Shown here: positions 19,260 to 29,305 of the stretch, one piece after another
Layout: every line of letters begins with the position of its first letter
How positions within the stretch are numbered: position 1 is the first letter of the stretch
DNA from: Planctomycetota bacterium
Lineage (GTDB): Bacteria > Planctomycetota > UBA8108 > SXIK01
DNA: 64,000 bases
NCBI GenBank assembly: GCA_965223845.1
Contig: CBDCXR010000004.1
Span: forward strand, 5,728,001-5,792,000
Reading direction: 5' to 3'
The notes under the pieces: model-generated
Told to the model about the DNA's origin: nothing
The model's input: only the letters and a program-made list of their open reading frames with translations
Database searches by the model: none
Program-made: the position numbers and the translations under genes

Positions 19260-20117
19260 TCAATCTTCGTTCAACACCCGTTCGAAGAGCCAGAGCTGGT
19301 CGTCGCGACCGAATTCTTCCTCGCCGCTCATGAGCGCGGGTGCAGCGAAGAGTACGCCGCGCTTGTAGACGACGGCTCCGCTGATTGGCGCGCGATCGTA
19401 TCCGAGCAGATCTTCGCCGAGAACGACGTCCGCAACCGATTCGGGGAGCGCGTCGACGAACTCCCGCGCGAGTTCTAGGTGCGGCGATCTCGGTAATAGG
19501 CAGTAGCGAACGGGCATGCTCGTCGCGAGCTGCCACGGCTGCTTCTCGGCCACAAACTTCCGCCTCCGCGTGAGAACCTTTTCCACCGTCCAATCTCGAT
19601 CGTTGAACTGGTCGAGCACAACGCACAGTAAGAGCGTCGGCTGCTCGTCGTTCACCGTGAGCCGAAAGGTCGATCCGCCGGCTCCGCGCAGCTCGAGATC
19701 TCCGACCACGCGAACCGCACGCTCCAGCGATTCCCGCCAGCCGCCGAGCTCGTCTCCGCCACGGGTTTCGGTCGACTGGACGCGTCCAGTCGACTCGTCG
19801 AAGACGACCTCGAAGTACGTGACCGACGGGCCGAACAGCGAACGAAAGTTGAACCGCGGGTACGTCCACTCACGCCGGCCGGAAACTCCGGTCGCCCCGC
19901 CCCAAAGGGCGCGAGAGAACGGGGGGCCGAGGAGGTCGCGCACCGCGTCCTGCGACATGCCCGCCCGGACTTCCTCGTATCGTTCGCTCGAAAACCACTC
20001 CGAGGTCAGGTCGTCGGTTCGTGCGAGCGGCCAAGCTCGATACGCCGCGAACCCGAGGCCCAGAGCCACGAGTGCAACGAGTCCGATCACCCCGAGCCGC
20101 CGAGTGCTTGCTGCCAT
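19260..20117 (-). CDS. Membrane-anchored hypothetical protein with SmpA/BamE-like motif
   Basis: N-terminal TM helix; YEEVRAGMSQDAVRDLLGPP...WTY...VVFD pattern; C-terminal half unassigned. Confidence 0.6.
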   Translation of the reverse strand: MAASTRRLGVIGLVALVALGLGFAAYRAWPLARTDDLTSEWFSSERYEEVRAGMSQDAVRDLLGPPFSRALWGGATGVSGRREWTYPRFNFRSLFGPSVTYFEVVFDESTGRVQSTETRGGDELGGWRESLERAVRVVGDLELRGAGGSTFRLTVNDEQPTLLLCVVLDQFNDRDWTVEKVLTRRRKFVAEKQPWQLATSMPVRYCLLPRSPHLELAREFVDALPESVADVVLGEDLLGYDRAPISGAVVYKRGVLFAAPALMSGEEEFGRDDQLWLFERVLNED

Positions 20118-20225
20118 GTGCGGAATCTCTAGCCTGGATCTCCTCGCGATCGGCCCCCTGCCCGAATGTCAACGATGGGGTAGTCGCTGCCCGCGGACCG
20201 CACTTTCAGACTATCTCGCGCGGCT

Positions 20226-21113
20226 CTACCGCTGAATCGCCCGCGTCGTAAACGCCGCCTCCGTCAGGTTCCTTCGCGGCTTCCCCGTGCGCTGGCTCTT
20301 GTAGAGCGAGAGATTGAGAAATTGCTTCGACTGGACGAGAAGGGTTCGCTTTCCGGTCTGGTGATTCGTCATCTCGATCGCCTGCGAACGCCAGAATCGC
20401 CCGTGGCGAAGCTTCCAGTCTCTCGAGTCCCGCGTCTTCAGGTGGCGTCCAGCTTTGTCGAAATACTCGATCCTCTCTTGTCGCCAGTGCTCGCGATGGA
20501 TGTAGACGACGAGGCGTGAATACCCCGTGTCCTCGTAGGTCGGCTTCGCGTCGAGCTTGTAGACCGGTAGCGTGTCGCCGCCTCGCTTGATCGTCGTCTC
20601 CTCTACGAAACGCCACTCGTACTCTCGCGGATCGATCGTCGCCAAGTCTTCGTAGGTGAATTCGGTGCCTTGGAAGCTCGCGGTGTTGTTCGCCCCCGAG
20701 ATTCTTCGCACACGTTTGCTCGACGGCAAGTAGAGCCAATTGTCATCCGAGCTCCCCGGGTTTTCGTGAGTGAGCGCGGCGACACCCTTGATCTCCGCCG
20801 GAGTGAGGAATTTCGTGATGTACTTGTCGCCCTCCTTCACTCGCTCGTAGCTCATGCGGAGGAACGATCGCCGAACGGAGTCGCCGCCGGCATCGTAGAG
20901 AGTCATCGTTCCTTGGGAGATTTCGTCCACCCAGCCTTGATCGTAGCGGTCGGCGTAGTCGGCGATCGCTCTTCCGTAGGCCTCCGAGTCGGACCGGTCG
21001 AACGCCGGAAGCGGCGGGACCGGAACTCCGCTCGTGTTCGGATCGGCTAGAGCGACGTTCGCTGCGAGTGCAGAGGACAGTAAGGCGATCGCGATCGACG
21101 GTCGCAGTTTCAT
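20226..21113 (-). CDS. LolA-like outer membrane lipoprotein-sorting protein
   Basis: Signal peptide; FLTPAEIKGVAAL, DDNWLYLPSSKRVRRI, FQGTEFTYEDL, IEYFDKAGRHLK; AGGAG RBS. Confidence 0.88.
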   Translation of the reverse strand: MKLRPSIAIALLSSALAANVALADPNTSGVPVPPLPAFDRSDSEAYGRAIADYADRYDQGWVDEISQGTMTLYDAGGDSVRRSFLRMSYERVKEGDKYITKFLTPAEIKGVAALTHENPGSSDDNWLYLPSSKRVRRISGANNTASFQGTEFTYEDLATIDPREYEWRFVEETTIKRGGDTLPVYKLDAKPTYEDTGYSRLVVYIHREHWRQERIEYFDKAGRHLKTRDSRDWKLRHGRFWRSQAIEMTNHQTGKRTLLVQSKQFLNLSLYKSQRTGKPRRNLTEAAFTTRAIQR

Positions 21114-21255
21114 GAGGAGACTCCTTGAGACGGGAAGTTCAGAACAAATTGAGGAGATCGGTAACGGTTTCGGGTCGGAGTTCGCGGTATCGGAAGAAGT
21201 ATCGGGAACGGGAACGAAGAATTCCCGTTTGCGGCAGACGGCTTTGATTTTGGCG

Positions 21256-22692
21256 CTAGAATTCCCATCGGAGAGCGACTGCGATCGACGAGTTGTTCGG
21301 AAAGAAGTCGAACAGACTCCGTCCCGTCTCCGGCGGATCGAACACTTGCGCCTGGATCCGCAGCTTCAGATCTTCGTGAATGAAGCGGAGCTGCCGCTCG
21401 GCGACGAGCTCGGCGATCACCTCGCTCGAGTCGAAGTCGAAGATTCCCCGGAGCTCGACCGAGCTCCGCGCGAAGTCATTCGCCTCCCAGAGGAAGCGGA
21501 GTACGATGTCGTTCTCAAACGGCCGCAGCCTCGCGGCCGGATCGTCCGCGCCTTCCTCGCCCGTGTACTCTACGGTCGCGGTGAGCTGATCCTGATCGAC
21601 GATCACATCGTAGAATTCTCGATCGACTCCGGCGACGTAGGCGACGTAGTCGTCCGGCCGGGAGATCGGCGAGCCCGAGAACCTGTACGGCCTTCGGTAG
21701 ACGACCTCGGTCTTCAGAGTGAACGTCGAGAGAAACTGGCCCAGGACATCCTCGTTCGGAACGGCCCGGAAGCCGAGCCCAGCCGTCGTTTCGCCGAAGT
21801 AGACGGGGACGAGGTCGCCGTCGGCAGCGAACGCGAGACTCGGCGTTCGTCCTGGCCCACGCGCGACGAGGTATTGGAGGTCGGCGTTCACCGGACGCGT
21901 CGTGAGAGTGTGTTGAAACCGCGCTCCGACAAAGCCTCGCTCTTCGATTCCGGACGGTTCGAAGCCATCGTTCTCGTCGAACTCGGCGACATCCGAATCG
22001 AACGAGAAGCGCTGGTTCTCGGGCGGGAACAGCGTCTCCCGCCACACCGGGAGCACGTAGAAGGAAGCCGTCGGCTCGCCGATCGTCTCGTTTCCCGCGA
22101 AGAGAAGGCGGAGCCTCGCTCCGAACTCGCCGAGTCGATCCGGATCGAGAAAGTCCGTGGCGAAGTCGCGGCGGTTCACGACGTCGATCGGATTGTAAGT
22201 GTCGACGATGCCCCAGTTCTCGACCAGCTGGCCTGCGCGCAGATCCCAGGTCTCTCGCTCGTACGTCAAGTACGCTTCCAAGGGTTCGAATCGCTTCAAG
22301 TCTCCGTCGAGCGTGTCGACAAACACGCGCGGCCGAAAGTACCCGCTCACGCTCTCGTGGAAGCGAAAGTCGAGCTCGAGCTCCGCCTCGAAGAGAAGCT
22401 GTTCGTCGTTCTTGCCGTCGTCGCGATCCGATAGATAGATCCGCGGCTCGAGCGAAACGAATCCCTTCAACCCGGTAAGCGGAGAGTTGGAATCTCTCGC
22501 TTCCGACTCGCCAATCTCCGTTGCGGCACCTCCCTCTAGGAGCTCGTCGAGGCCATCGTCGAAGAGCTCCTCGCCCGGCGCTTCGCTCGCGAGATCCGTC
22601 GCGCCTTCGTTCTCGACCGCGTCGCTCCCGCCGAACACCGCGCCGACGAGGGAGAAGAGTAGAAACAACGTCGTCACCGGCTCGCGTCTCAT
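21256..22692 (-). CDS. Predicted outer-membrane beta-barrel protein
   Basis: Signal peptide; EAYLTY...WDLRAGQLVENWG...NPIDVVN motif seen in barrels next to LolA-like genes; amphipathic strands; C-terminal ALRWEF; overlaps MMPL stop. Confidence 0.72.
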   Translation of the reverse strand: MRREPVTTLFLLFSLVGAVFGGSDAVENEGATDLASEAPGEELFDDGLDELLEGGAATEIGESEARDSNSPLTGLKGFVSLEPRIYLSDRDDGKNDEQLLFEAELELDFRFHESVSGYFRPRVFVDTLDGDLKRFEPLEAYLTYERETWDLRAGQLVENWGIVDTYNPIDVVNRRDFATDFLDPDRLGEFGARLRLLFAGNETIGEPTASFYVLPVWRETLFPPENQRFSFDSDVAEFDENDGFEPSGIEERGFVGARFQHTLTTRPVNADLQYLVARGPGRTPSLAFAADGDLVPVYFGETTAGLGFRAVPNEDVLGQFLSTFTLKTEVVYRRPYRFSGSPISRPDDYVAYVAGVDREFYDVIVDQDQLTATVEYTGEEGADDPAARLRPFENDIVLRFLWEANDFARSSVELRGIFDFDSSEVIAELVAERQLRFIHEDLKLRIQAQVFDPPETGRSLFDFFPNNSSIAVALRWEF

Positions 22693-25600
22693 CGCACGCC
22701 CGCCTTACCGACTTCGGCCGGCATGTCGATCCGCGCCCTCGGCGCTGCCTCGCGATCATCGAAGCTGAGCACCGCTCCCGTGATCACGAAATCGGCGATC
22801 CATGCGAAGCCGATCATGACTCCGGCGAGCGCGCCCATTTGAAAGTTCGGCGCAAAGTCGCTGAGAAGCAGAGTCGCGAAGCCGATGATGAGGACGATCG
22901 TCGTCACCGACATCGCGGTCCCCGCTTCCGTGAACACCCGGACGAGGGCGTCGCGAGCGCCGAGCCCTCCCTTTCGACCGCGGTCGTACTTCGTAAAGAA
23001 GTGAATCGTATCGTCGACGCAGACGCCGAGCGCGACGGAGGCCGCGAAGACCGCCGGGCCGTCGAGTGGGATTCCGGCGAGACCGAGAACCCCGAGTGGA
23101 AGAATGATCGGGAGGACGTTCGGGATCAAGCTGATCAGTGCGAATCGCGCGGACCGGTAGATGAAACCAATGAGGACCGTAATCACGAGTAGGGCCGCAC
23201 CCATCGATTTGACAAAACCTCGCGCGAAGAGATCCGACGTACGCGCAAAGAGAAGCGTCTTGCCACTGATCGTAAAGTCTGAAAGCGCGGGCCCGGAAGC
23301 GCTCGACGTTCCCGCTTCTGCGACGGACGCGGCGAGCTCGGGAAACTCGGTCCGTGCGATCTCCTCGATCCGCCGAAACGCCCGGAGGTGCGCGACCGAC
23401 GACGCCTGCGCGACTCGCCCCTGGACGCGTACCTGCGTGCGATCCGCGCTGAGCTGCGTCGTAAGATTCTCGCCGGGACGCGCGCCGTTCTCGTACTGAA
23501 GGTAGTACTGAGCTACGAGACTCGAGCCGCTCTGCGCTGGAGTGAGCGACCACTCTTCCGTCCATTCGTCGAAGTTGAGCTGAGGAGCTCGAGACTCGCC
23601 CGCGACATCGGCCTCGCGCGGAACGCGGTACGCGTCCGCCCGGTTTTCGTTCTGAACTTGATGGATCTTTCGAAGGATATCGAGCGGGCCGACGAGATCG
23701 CTGAGAACGGCGAGAGGCGATGCCGGATCGGCCATCTCCTCGCGCAGCCGCGCCTCGAAACGGTCGAGCGAATCGAGGAAGGCCGGCGAGATTCCGATTC
23801 GCGGTGCGTTCCACGCCGCCCGCTTGTCCCTGAGCGCGCTCAGCTCGGCCGCTTCGCCTGACGAGAGCGCCGCGAACTCGTTCGGCTGCGCCGCCGCACC
23901 CGCTTCTCGGAGAGCGAGCTCGGCGAGACGCGATTCCTCGTCTGCCGTGAGCTCGACCGCCGACTCACCGCGTCCGCGAAACACGATTTCGAGGTCGCCG
24001 ACGCCGCCCATTCGGTCTTCGATCCAGTTGAAGTCGGACATCGTCGGGTTGTCGTCCGGGAACATGTTGCGAAAATCGCTGTCGATCTCCACGCGAAGGA
24101 GCCCCGCGACCGAGACGACAAAAAGCGCGGCGGCGACGGCGACGACGCCTCGCCGCCGTTCGACGATGAAGTCGACGATCCGTCCGGAGCAGGCTTCGCT
24201 AAAGAGAGTCGTGACGAGCAGTCGCTTTCCCCGCTTCCGGCGAGCACCGGAGTGCGGAACGAGCGAGAGCAGTGCCGGGACGACCGTCATCGACAGCGCC
24301 CACGCGAGGAGCGTTCCGAGTGCCGCCATCGATCCGAGCATGCGCACCGGCTCGAGCCCGCTCAGCGTCAGCGAATAGAAGCCCACCGCTGTCGTCACGG
24401 AAGTGAGAAACACGGGCAGCGCGTTTCTCCGTACCACTTCGATCATCAGCTCGCGCTTGTCGTCGTACTTCCCGCGAAGGATGACCCACGCTGCGATCAG
24501 ATGAATCGCGTCGGCGATGCCGACGGCCGTCAGCATGTTCGGCGACATTATGGTGAGGTTATTGAGGAGATCGCCGCGTGCGAGCGCGAATCCGATCATG
24601 CCCACGATGCTCCCGAACACGACGATCAGCGGAAATCCGACTCCGGCGACACTGCGAAAGACGAACGCGAGGACGACGATGATCACGAGAAACATGAGCG
24701 GCACGTACTTCGCATCGGCGAGCCCGACGATCTCGAAGTTCCGCTCGAAGAGCGGCACGCCGCCGAGGCGAAACGCGTACGGGCTGAGCGGCTCGGGCCG
24801 GAAGTCGCCCGGTGCCGAGACGACGCTTGAAGGTTCCGATCGGTCGACAAAGCCGCCTTTCGGTGACGGGTCGTACTCGAAGAACTTTCTCCGCAGGACA
24901 CCGCCCCCATCGCGCATGAAATTCCGACGCGGATCGTCGAGCTCGAGCCGGCGGGCCCTCCGCTCTTCGCCGGCGGGCAGTGACTCGATCCACTCGACTA
25001 GGTGGACTCGCTCCGGCGTCGGCACGGCGAGCCCCTTCTCGACGCGAAGGAAGTGCTCGATTCCGCGAAGCGCCGCACGCTGCTTCTCCACCGAGTGGAG
25101 GATCGGAGCCGACCGGCGCTCGTCGGGGTCGTCGAAGTTCGCTTCGGTGACCGTCTCGTCCAGCCGCGGGCGAAGCACCTGCACCTGAATCGCGGTCGTC
25201 GTTCCCGCGGAGTTTACGATCGTTCCGACGAGGCGCGGCTCCCCGATGAAGTCACTCAGATCGGCGTCTCCGATGACCTCCCGAACGCGCTCCTCGCCCA
25301 CCCGAGCGATCGCGCGCTCGGCACCGAGGACGGCGATCATTCTCTCAACGAGGTCTCGATCCGTGAGCTCGGTGGGATCTCCTTCGACGAGATCGGAGAT
25401 GATGAGCCCTTCCTCAGAACTCTCTTCATCCGCGATCGTTCCCCAGCGGATCCATGGGTTGTAGGTCAAGCTCCGGACGTGCCGGACTCCCGGGACCGTG
25501 AGGAATCGCTCCGTCAGCCGCGCCGTCGCCGCCAGTGCGCTGCGGCTGAACACGCCGAGCTCCGAGTCCTTCTCCTCGAACGTCACCATGACGAAATCCT

Positions 25601-25892
25601 CGGCGACGAACGTATCCTCGATTTCGTAGTACGTCCGCACCGAGACGTCCTCGTCTCCGAACCAGACGTCCATGCTCGGGTCGAACGCGAGCGGCTTCAC
25701 GGCCGCCGTTCCGTTCGATGTGTCCTCGAGACTTGCGACCGCGGCGGAAAAGCGCGCCACGCGTCCGGCGCCGATGACGAAGGGCACGGCGACGAGCGCG
25801 ACCACGACGAGCGACAGCCACCACCTCGAGCGGTAGATCCATTCCGCCCAGCCCCGTCCGCCCGCGTGTCCATTCCTCGACGCACTGTTCAT
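22689..25892 (-). CDS. MMPL/RND-superfamily transporter
   Basis: Two repeats of TM + periplasmic domain + TM bundle; AVGIADAIH, PVFLTSVTTAVGF, ISLIPNVLP, LGVCVDDTIHF. Confidence 0.92.
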   Translation of the reverse strand: MNSASRNGHAGGRGWAEWIYRSRWWLSLVVVALVAVPFVIGAGRVARFSAAVASLEDTSNGTAAVKPLAFDPSMDVWFGDEDVSVRTYYEIEDTFVAEDFVMVTFEEKDSELGVFSRSALAATARLTERFLTVPGVRHVRSLTYNPWIRWGTIADEESSEEGLIISDLVEGDPTELTDRDLVERMIAVLGAERAIARVGEERVREVIGDADLSDFIGEPRLVGTIVNSAGTTTAIQVQVLRPRLDETVTEANFDDPDERRSAPILHSVEKQRAALRGIEHFLRVEKGLAVPTPERVHLVEWIESLPAGEERRARRLELDDPRRNFMRDGGGVLRRKFFEYDPSPKGGFVDRSEPSSVVSAPGDFRPEPLSPYAFRLGGVPLFERNFEIVGLADAKYVPLMFLVIIVVLAFVFRSVAGVGFPLIVVFGSIVGMIGFALARGDLLNNLTIMSPNMLTAVGIADAIHLIAAWVILRGKYDDKRELMIEVVRRNALPVFLTSVTTAVGFYSLTLSGLEPVRMLGSMAALGTLLAWALSMTVVPALLSLVPHSGARRKRGKRLLVTTLFSEACSGRIVDFIVERRRGVVAVAAALFVVSVAGLLRVEIDSDFRNMFPDDNPTMSDFNWIEDRMGGVGDLEIVFRGRGESAVELTADEESRLAELALREAGAAAQPNEFAALSSGEAAELSALRDKRAAWNAPRIGISPAFLDSLDRFEARLREEMADPASPLAVLSDLVGPLDILRKIHQVQNENRADAYRVPREADVAGESRAPQLNFDEWTEEWSLTPAQSGSSLVAQYYLQYENGARPGENLTTQLSADRTQVRVQGRVAQASSVAHLRAFRRIEEIARTEFPELAASVAEAGTSSASGPALSDFTISGKTLLFARTSDLFARGFVKSMGAALLVITVLIGFIYRSARFALISLIPNVLPIILPLGVLGLAGIPLDGPAVFAASVALGVCVDDTIHFFTKYDRGRKGGLGARDALVRVFTEAGTAMSVTTIVLIIGFATLLLSDFAPNFQMGALAGVMIGFAWIADFVITGAVLSFDDREAAPRARIDMPAEVGKAGVR

Positions 25893-25923
25893 GGCTCGAT
25901 CTCACTCAGATACTAGCAAACGA

Positions 25924-25947
25924 ATTAGGAACCAAACGGTCCATAAT
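25924..25947. promoter_or_regulatory. Putative TetR operator upstream of the MMPL operon
   Basis: Imperfect palindrome ATTAGGAACCAAACGGTCCATAAT; near-identical copy at 26624-26647. Confidence 0.75.
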
Positions 25948-25960
25948 GGGCCAAAAAAAC

Positions 25961-26554
25961 TCACGCGGCCTCCTCCGTGAGCGTCGAGAGTCCCAGCGCG
26001 ACGAGCCGCTCCGTGCGCGCACGCGGGGGCGAGCTCTTCGACGCCGCGACGAGCCCAGCTCCGTAGACCACGACGAATTCCGCGAGCTCACTCGCCGGAC
26101 GATCGGTGCGGAACTCGCCGAGCTCCTGCCCGAGCGCGATCGTCTCGGCAAAGACTCTCGCAACACGCTGAAACTGCCGCCTGAGGAGCCCGCCGATCTC
26201 GTCGTCGTGCGGACCGAGCTCCACGAGAGTATTGAGCGCAAAACACCCGCGGCAAATCTCCTGCTCGTGACAGAGGCCCACGACCGCACGAAACCACCCT
26301 CGGATCGCTTCGAGGGGCGAGTTCACCGCCCCGAGAAGCTCGCGAAACTGGCCGAGGTTCTGGTCCATGTACCGCGTGAGAACTTGAACGAAGAGGCTCC
26401 GCTTGTCACCGAACGCTTTGTAGAGGCTGCCCTTCTGAAGACCCGTCGCCGCGATGAGATCGGCGATCGATGTGGCCTCGTAACCCCGGTCCCAAAACGC
26501 CTGAGTTGCGGCGTCGAGGGCTTCGTCGAGATCGAACTCGCGCGGGCGGGCCAT
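25961..26554 (-). CDS. TetR/AcrR-family transcriptional regulator (NemR/ComR-like)
   Basis: MARPREFDLDEALDAATQAFWDRGYEATSIADLIAATGLQKGSLYKAFGDKRSLF HTH; GCFALN motif; it is the C-terminal 197 aa of ORF 25961..28891. Confidence 0.95.
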   Translation of the reverse strand: MARPREFDLDEALDAATQAFWDRGYEATSIADLIAATGLQKGSLYKAFGDKRSLFVQVLTRYMDQNLGQFRELLGAVNSPLEAIRGWFRAVVGLCHEQEICRGCFALNTLVELGPHDDEIGGLLRRQFQRVARVFAETIALGQELGEFRTDRPASELAEFVVVYGAGLVAASKSSPPRARTERLVALGLSTLTEEAA

Positions 26555-26623
26555 GTCGTGAGGATCCTTCTTCGTACGGAACTTGAAACGCTTTGCCGTA
26601 ACGCTCGTCTTGGAAGAGTAGCG

Positions 26624-26647
26624 ATTAGGAACCGATCGGTCCACAAC
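26624..26647. promoter_or_regulatory. Putative TetR autoregulatory operator
   Basis: ATTAGGAACCGATCGGTCCACAAC, 20/24 identical to the 25924-25947 copy, 70 nt upstream of the tetR start. Confidence 0.75.
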
Positions 26648-26863
26648 TAAATCGAAAAAGCGCCCCGGCGATCTGCCAGACCGGCAGAAGACCGCCGGAG
26701 CGGCAGGTTGAGGACGACGCGGGAACTGAGCTAAAGCCTTTTTTCGTCGGGAATTAAACCCCTTCCCGCGCGATTGGCACCGCGTGTGCAACTCAGAACC
26801 GTTACCAGATTCCTCTGGCCCCCGTTTTCCGTTCGCCGCGCCGAACATCGGAAGGAAAGCATC

Positions 26864-29242
26864 ATGGAACAGCACGACCCCGCCCCGCTCGGCAATGAAT
26901 CTCATTCTCAGCTCACGCTTCCTCTCCTCCCCTTGAAGGGCGGGGTGATGCTCCCGGGGACGACCCAGACGTTCACCGTCGGCCGCCCCATCTCGCTCGC
27001 CGCCATCGAGAGCGCGACGCAGAGCGAAGAAGGCGAGGTCTTCGTCGTCGCTCAGCGCGATTCGACCGTCGAGGAGCCGCGCGCGGGAGACCTCTATACC
27101 GTCGGCACGCGGGCGACCGTCCGGCGGTCGACGCGACTTCCAAACGGCCTCGCCCAAGTGCGGCTTCGCGGGCTCGATCGCGCCGTTCTCCTCAAGCTCG
27201 AATCGACCGAACCGTTCCTCGCGGCTCGCGTGCGCGTACAGCCGATTGCGCAGGAAGGCGGCACTGAGGTCGAAGCCCTCCTCGGCGAGATTCGTCGCGT
27301 CGTCGCTAGCATTCTCGAGGTGACGGGAGAGCGCTCGCCCGCGAATCTCGATCGCGCCCTGAGCGACAAGAACAACCCTATCGACATCGCCTACGCACTC
27401 GCGTCCATCCTCGGACTCGAGCCGGAAAAGGAGCAGGAAATCCTCGCTGCGACCGCGGAGAAGGAAGCGCTCTCGACGCTTCATGCGCACCTCGCGCACG
27501 AGCTGCGCGTCCTCGAGGTCCGAAGCAACATCGCGAGCCGAGCGCAAGGCGAGATCAGCCGCGAGCAACGGGAGTACGTTCTTCGCCAGCAGCTCCGCGC
27601 GATCCAGGAGGAGCTCGGAGAGGGCGGCGGCTCCGGCGATGTCGCGAAGCTCCGCGCTCGTCTCGACGAGCTCGAGCTTCCGGAGGAAGCGCGCGGAGAG
27701 GTCGAACGCGAGCTGGGCCGCCTCGAGTCGATTCCCGACGCCTCCCCCGAGTCCGGAATCCTTCGTACGTGGGTCGAGTTCGTCCTCGACCTTCCGTGGC
27801 AGGCAGAGAAGGAGAGCGAGCTCGACTTGGCCCGTGCCAAGGCGGTCCTCGACGAGGATCACTTCGGACTCGACGAGGTCAAGGAGCGCATCCTCGAGCA
27901 CCTCGCCGTCCTCAAGCTGAACGCTTCGGCGAAAGCGCCGATCCTCTGCTTCGTCGGTCCCCCCGGTGTCGGCAAGACGTCGCTCGGCCAGTCCGTCGCG
28001 CGCGCGATGAGCCGCGAGTTCACTCGTCTCAGCCTCGGAGGGCTCCACGACGAAGCGGAGCTCCGCGGTCACCGCCGAACGTACATCGGCGCGATGCCCG
28101 GACGCATCCTCCAGGCACTCCGCCGCGCGAAGGTAAAGAACCCGATCGTGATGCTGGACGAAGTCGACAAGCTCGGTCGAGATTTCCGCGGCGATCCCGC
28201 GGCGGCTCTTCTCGAAGTGCTCGACCCCGAACAGAACTGCGAGTTCCGCGACAACTACCTCGATCTTCCGTTCGATCTCTCGAAGGTTCTCTTCATCACG
28301 ACCGCGAACTCGCTCGATACGATTCCGGGCCCGCTTCTCGATCGACTCGAGGTGATCCGGCTCACGGGCTACAGCGAGGAGGAGAAGGTCGAGATCGCCG
28401 AGCGCTATCTCATTCCGCGCGAGATCGCAGAGTCCGGTCTCGACTCGACGCAGTGCGAAATCGCGGCGAGCGCCGTGCGCCGCCTCATCGCCGGCTACAC
28501 GCGCGAAGGCGGCGTCCGCGAGCTTCAGCGAACGCTCGGGAAGCTCATTCGAAAGATCGCCCTCCGCGTCGCTCGTGGAGAGGAAGCGTCGGCATCGATC
28601 AGTGAAGACGATGTCGCCGAACTCCTCGGTCCCGAACGCTTCTTCCTCGATCGCGCGCGGAAGGATTTGCCGCCGGGTGTCGCCGTCGGGCTCGCGTGGA
28701 CTCCGACCGGCGGTGAGGTCCTTCACGTCGAGGCGACGCTGCTTCCCGAAACGGAGGGGCTCACGATCACCGGTCAGCTCGGCGACGTGATGCAGGAGTC
28801 GGTGAAGACGGCACGAAGCTACATCTGGTCGAACGCCGATCGACTCGGCATCGATCCCCGGCGGTTTAGGAAGGCGGGGCTGCACCTTCACGTTCCCGCC
28901 GGCGCGATTCCGAAGGACGGACCGTCGGCAGGAATCACGCTCGCCACCGCGCTCACGTCCCTCTACACGAAGCGTCCCGTTCGTCCGGACACGGCGATGA
29001 CAGGGGAAATTACGCTCACCGGACTCGTGCTCCCGGTCGGGGGCGTAAAGGAGAAGGTGCTCGCGGCGCGGCGTGCGGGGAAGACGCGCGTGATTCTCTC
29101 TCGCGAAAACGAGAAGGACCTCCGCGACTTGCCGGACTACGTGCGCCGGGACGTCGAGTTCGTCTTAGTGGATCGGGTGGACGACGTGTTCCGGGAGGTT
29201 TTGCTTCCCGGGCGCGAGTCTTCGGCTCCGGTGGCGGTTTGA
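26864..29242 (+). CDS. lon: ATP-dependent protease La (Lon)
   Basis: LPLLPL N-domain, GPPGVGKTS Walker [19 protein letters not shown], catalytic [16 protein letters not shown]; AAGGA before ATG 26864. Confidence 0.97.
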   Translation: MEQHDPAPLGNESHSQLTLPLLPLKGGVMLPGTTQTFTVGRPISLAAIESATQSEEGEVFVVAQRDSTVEEPRAGDLYTVGTRATVRRSTRLPNGLAQVRLRGLDRAVLLKLESTEPFLAARVRVQPIAQEGGTEVEALLGEIRRVVASILEVTGERSPANLDRALSDKNNPIDIAYALASILGLEPEKEQEILAATAEKEALSTLHAHLAHELRVLEVRSNIASRAQGEISREQREYVLRQQLRAIQEELGEGGGSGDVAKLRARLDELELPEEARGEVERELGRLESIPDASPESGILRTWVEFVLDLPWQAEKESELDLARAKAVLDEDHFGLDEVKERILEHLAVLKLNASAKAPILCFVGPPGVGKTSLGQSVARAMSREFTRLSLGGLHDEAELRGHRRTYIGAMPGRILQALRRAKVKNPIVMLDEVDKLGRDFRGDPAAALLEVLDPEQNCEFRDNYLDLPFDLSKVLFITTANSLDTIPGPLLDRLEVIRLTGYSEEEKVEIAERYLIPREIAESGLDSTQCEIAASAVRRLIAGYTREGGVRELQRTLGKLIRKIALRVARGEEASASISEDDVAELLGPERFFLDRARKDLPPGVAVGLAWTPTGGEVLHVEATLLPETEGLTITGQLGDVMQESVKTARSYIWSNADRLGIDPRRFRKAGLHLHVPAGAIPKDGPSAGITLATALTSLYTKRPVRPDTAMTGEITLTGLVLPVGGVKEKVLAARRAGKTRVILSRENEKDLRDLPDYVRRDVEFVLVDRVDDVFREVLLPGRESSAPVAV

Positions 29243-29305
29243 TGATTGTGCGGCTCAGCCGGTCTAGAGAAGAGTTAACATGTGCGACAGTTCGACCGAG
29301 CGACT

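Noticed and set aside
25961-28891. 976-aa minus-strand ORF that looks like a large TetR fusion
   Set aside because: The first ~780 codons are mostly the antisense shadow of lon; only 25961-26554 (MARPREFD...) is a real TetR gene.
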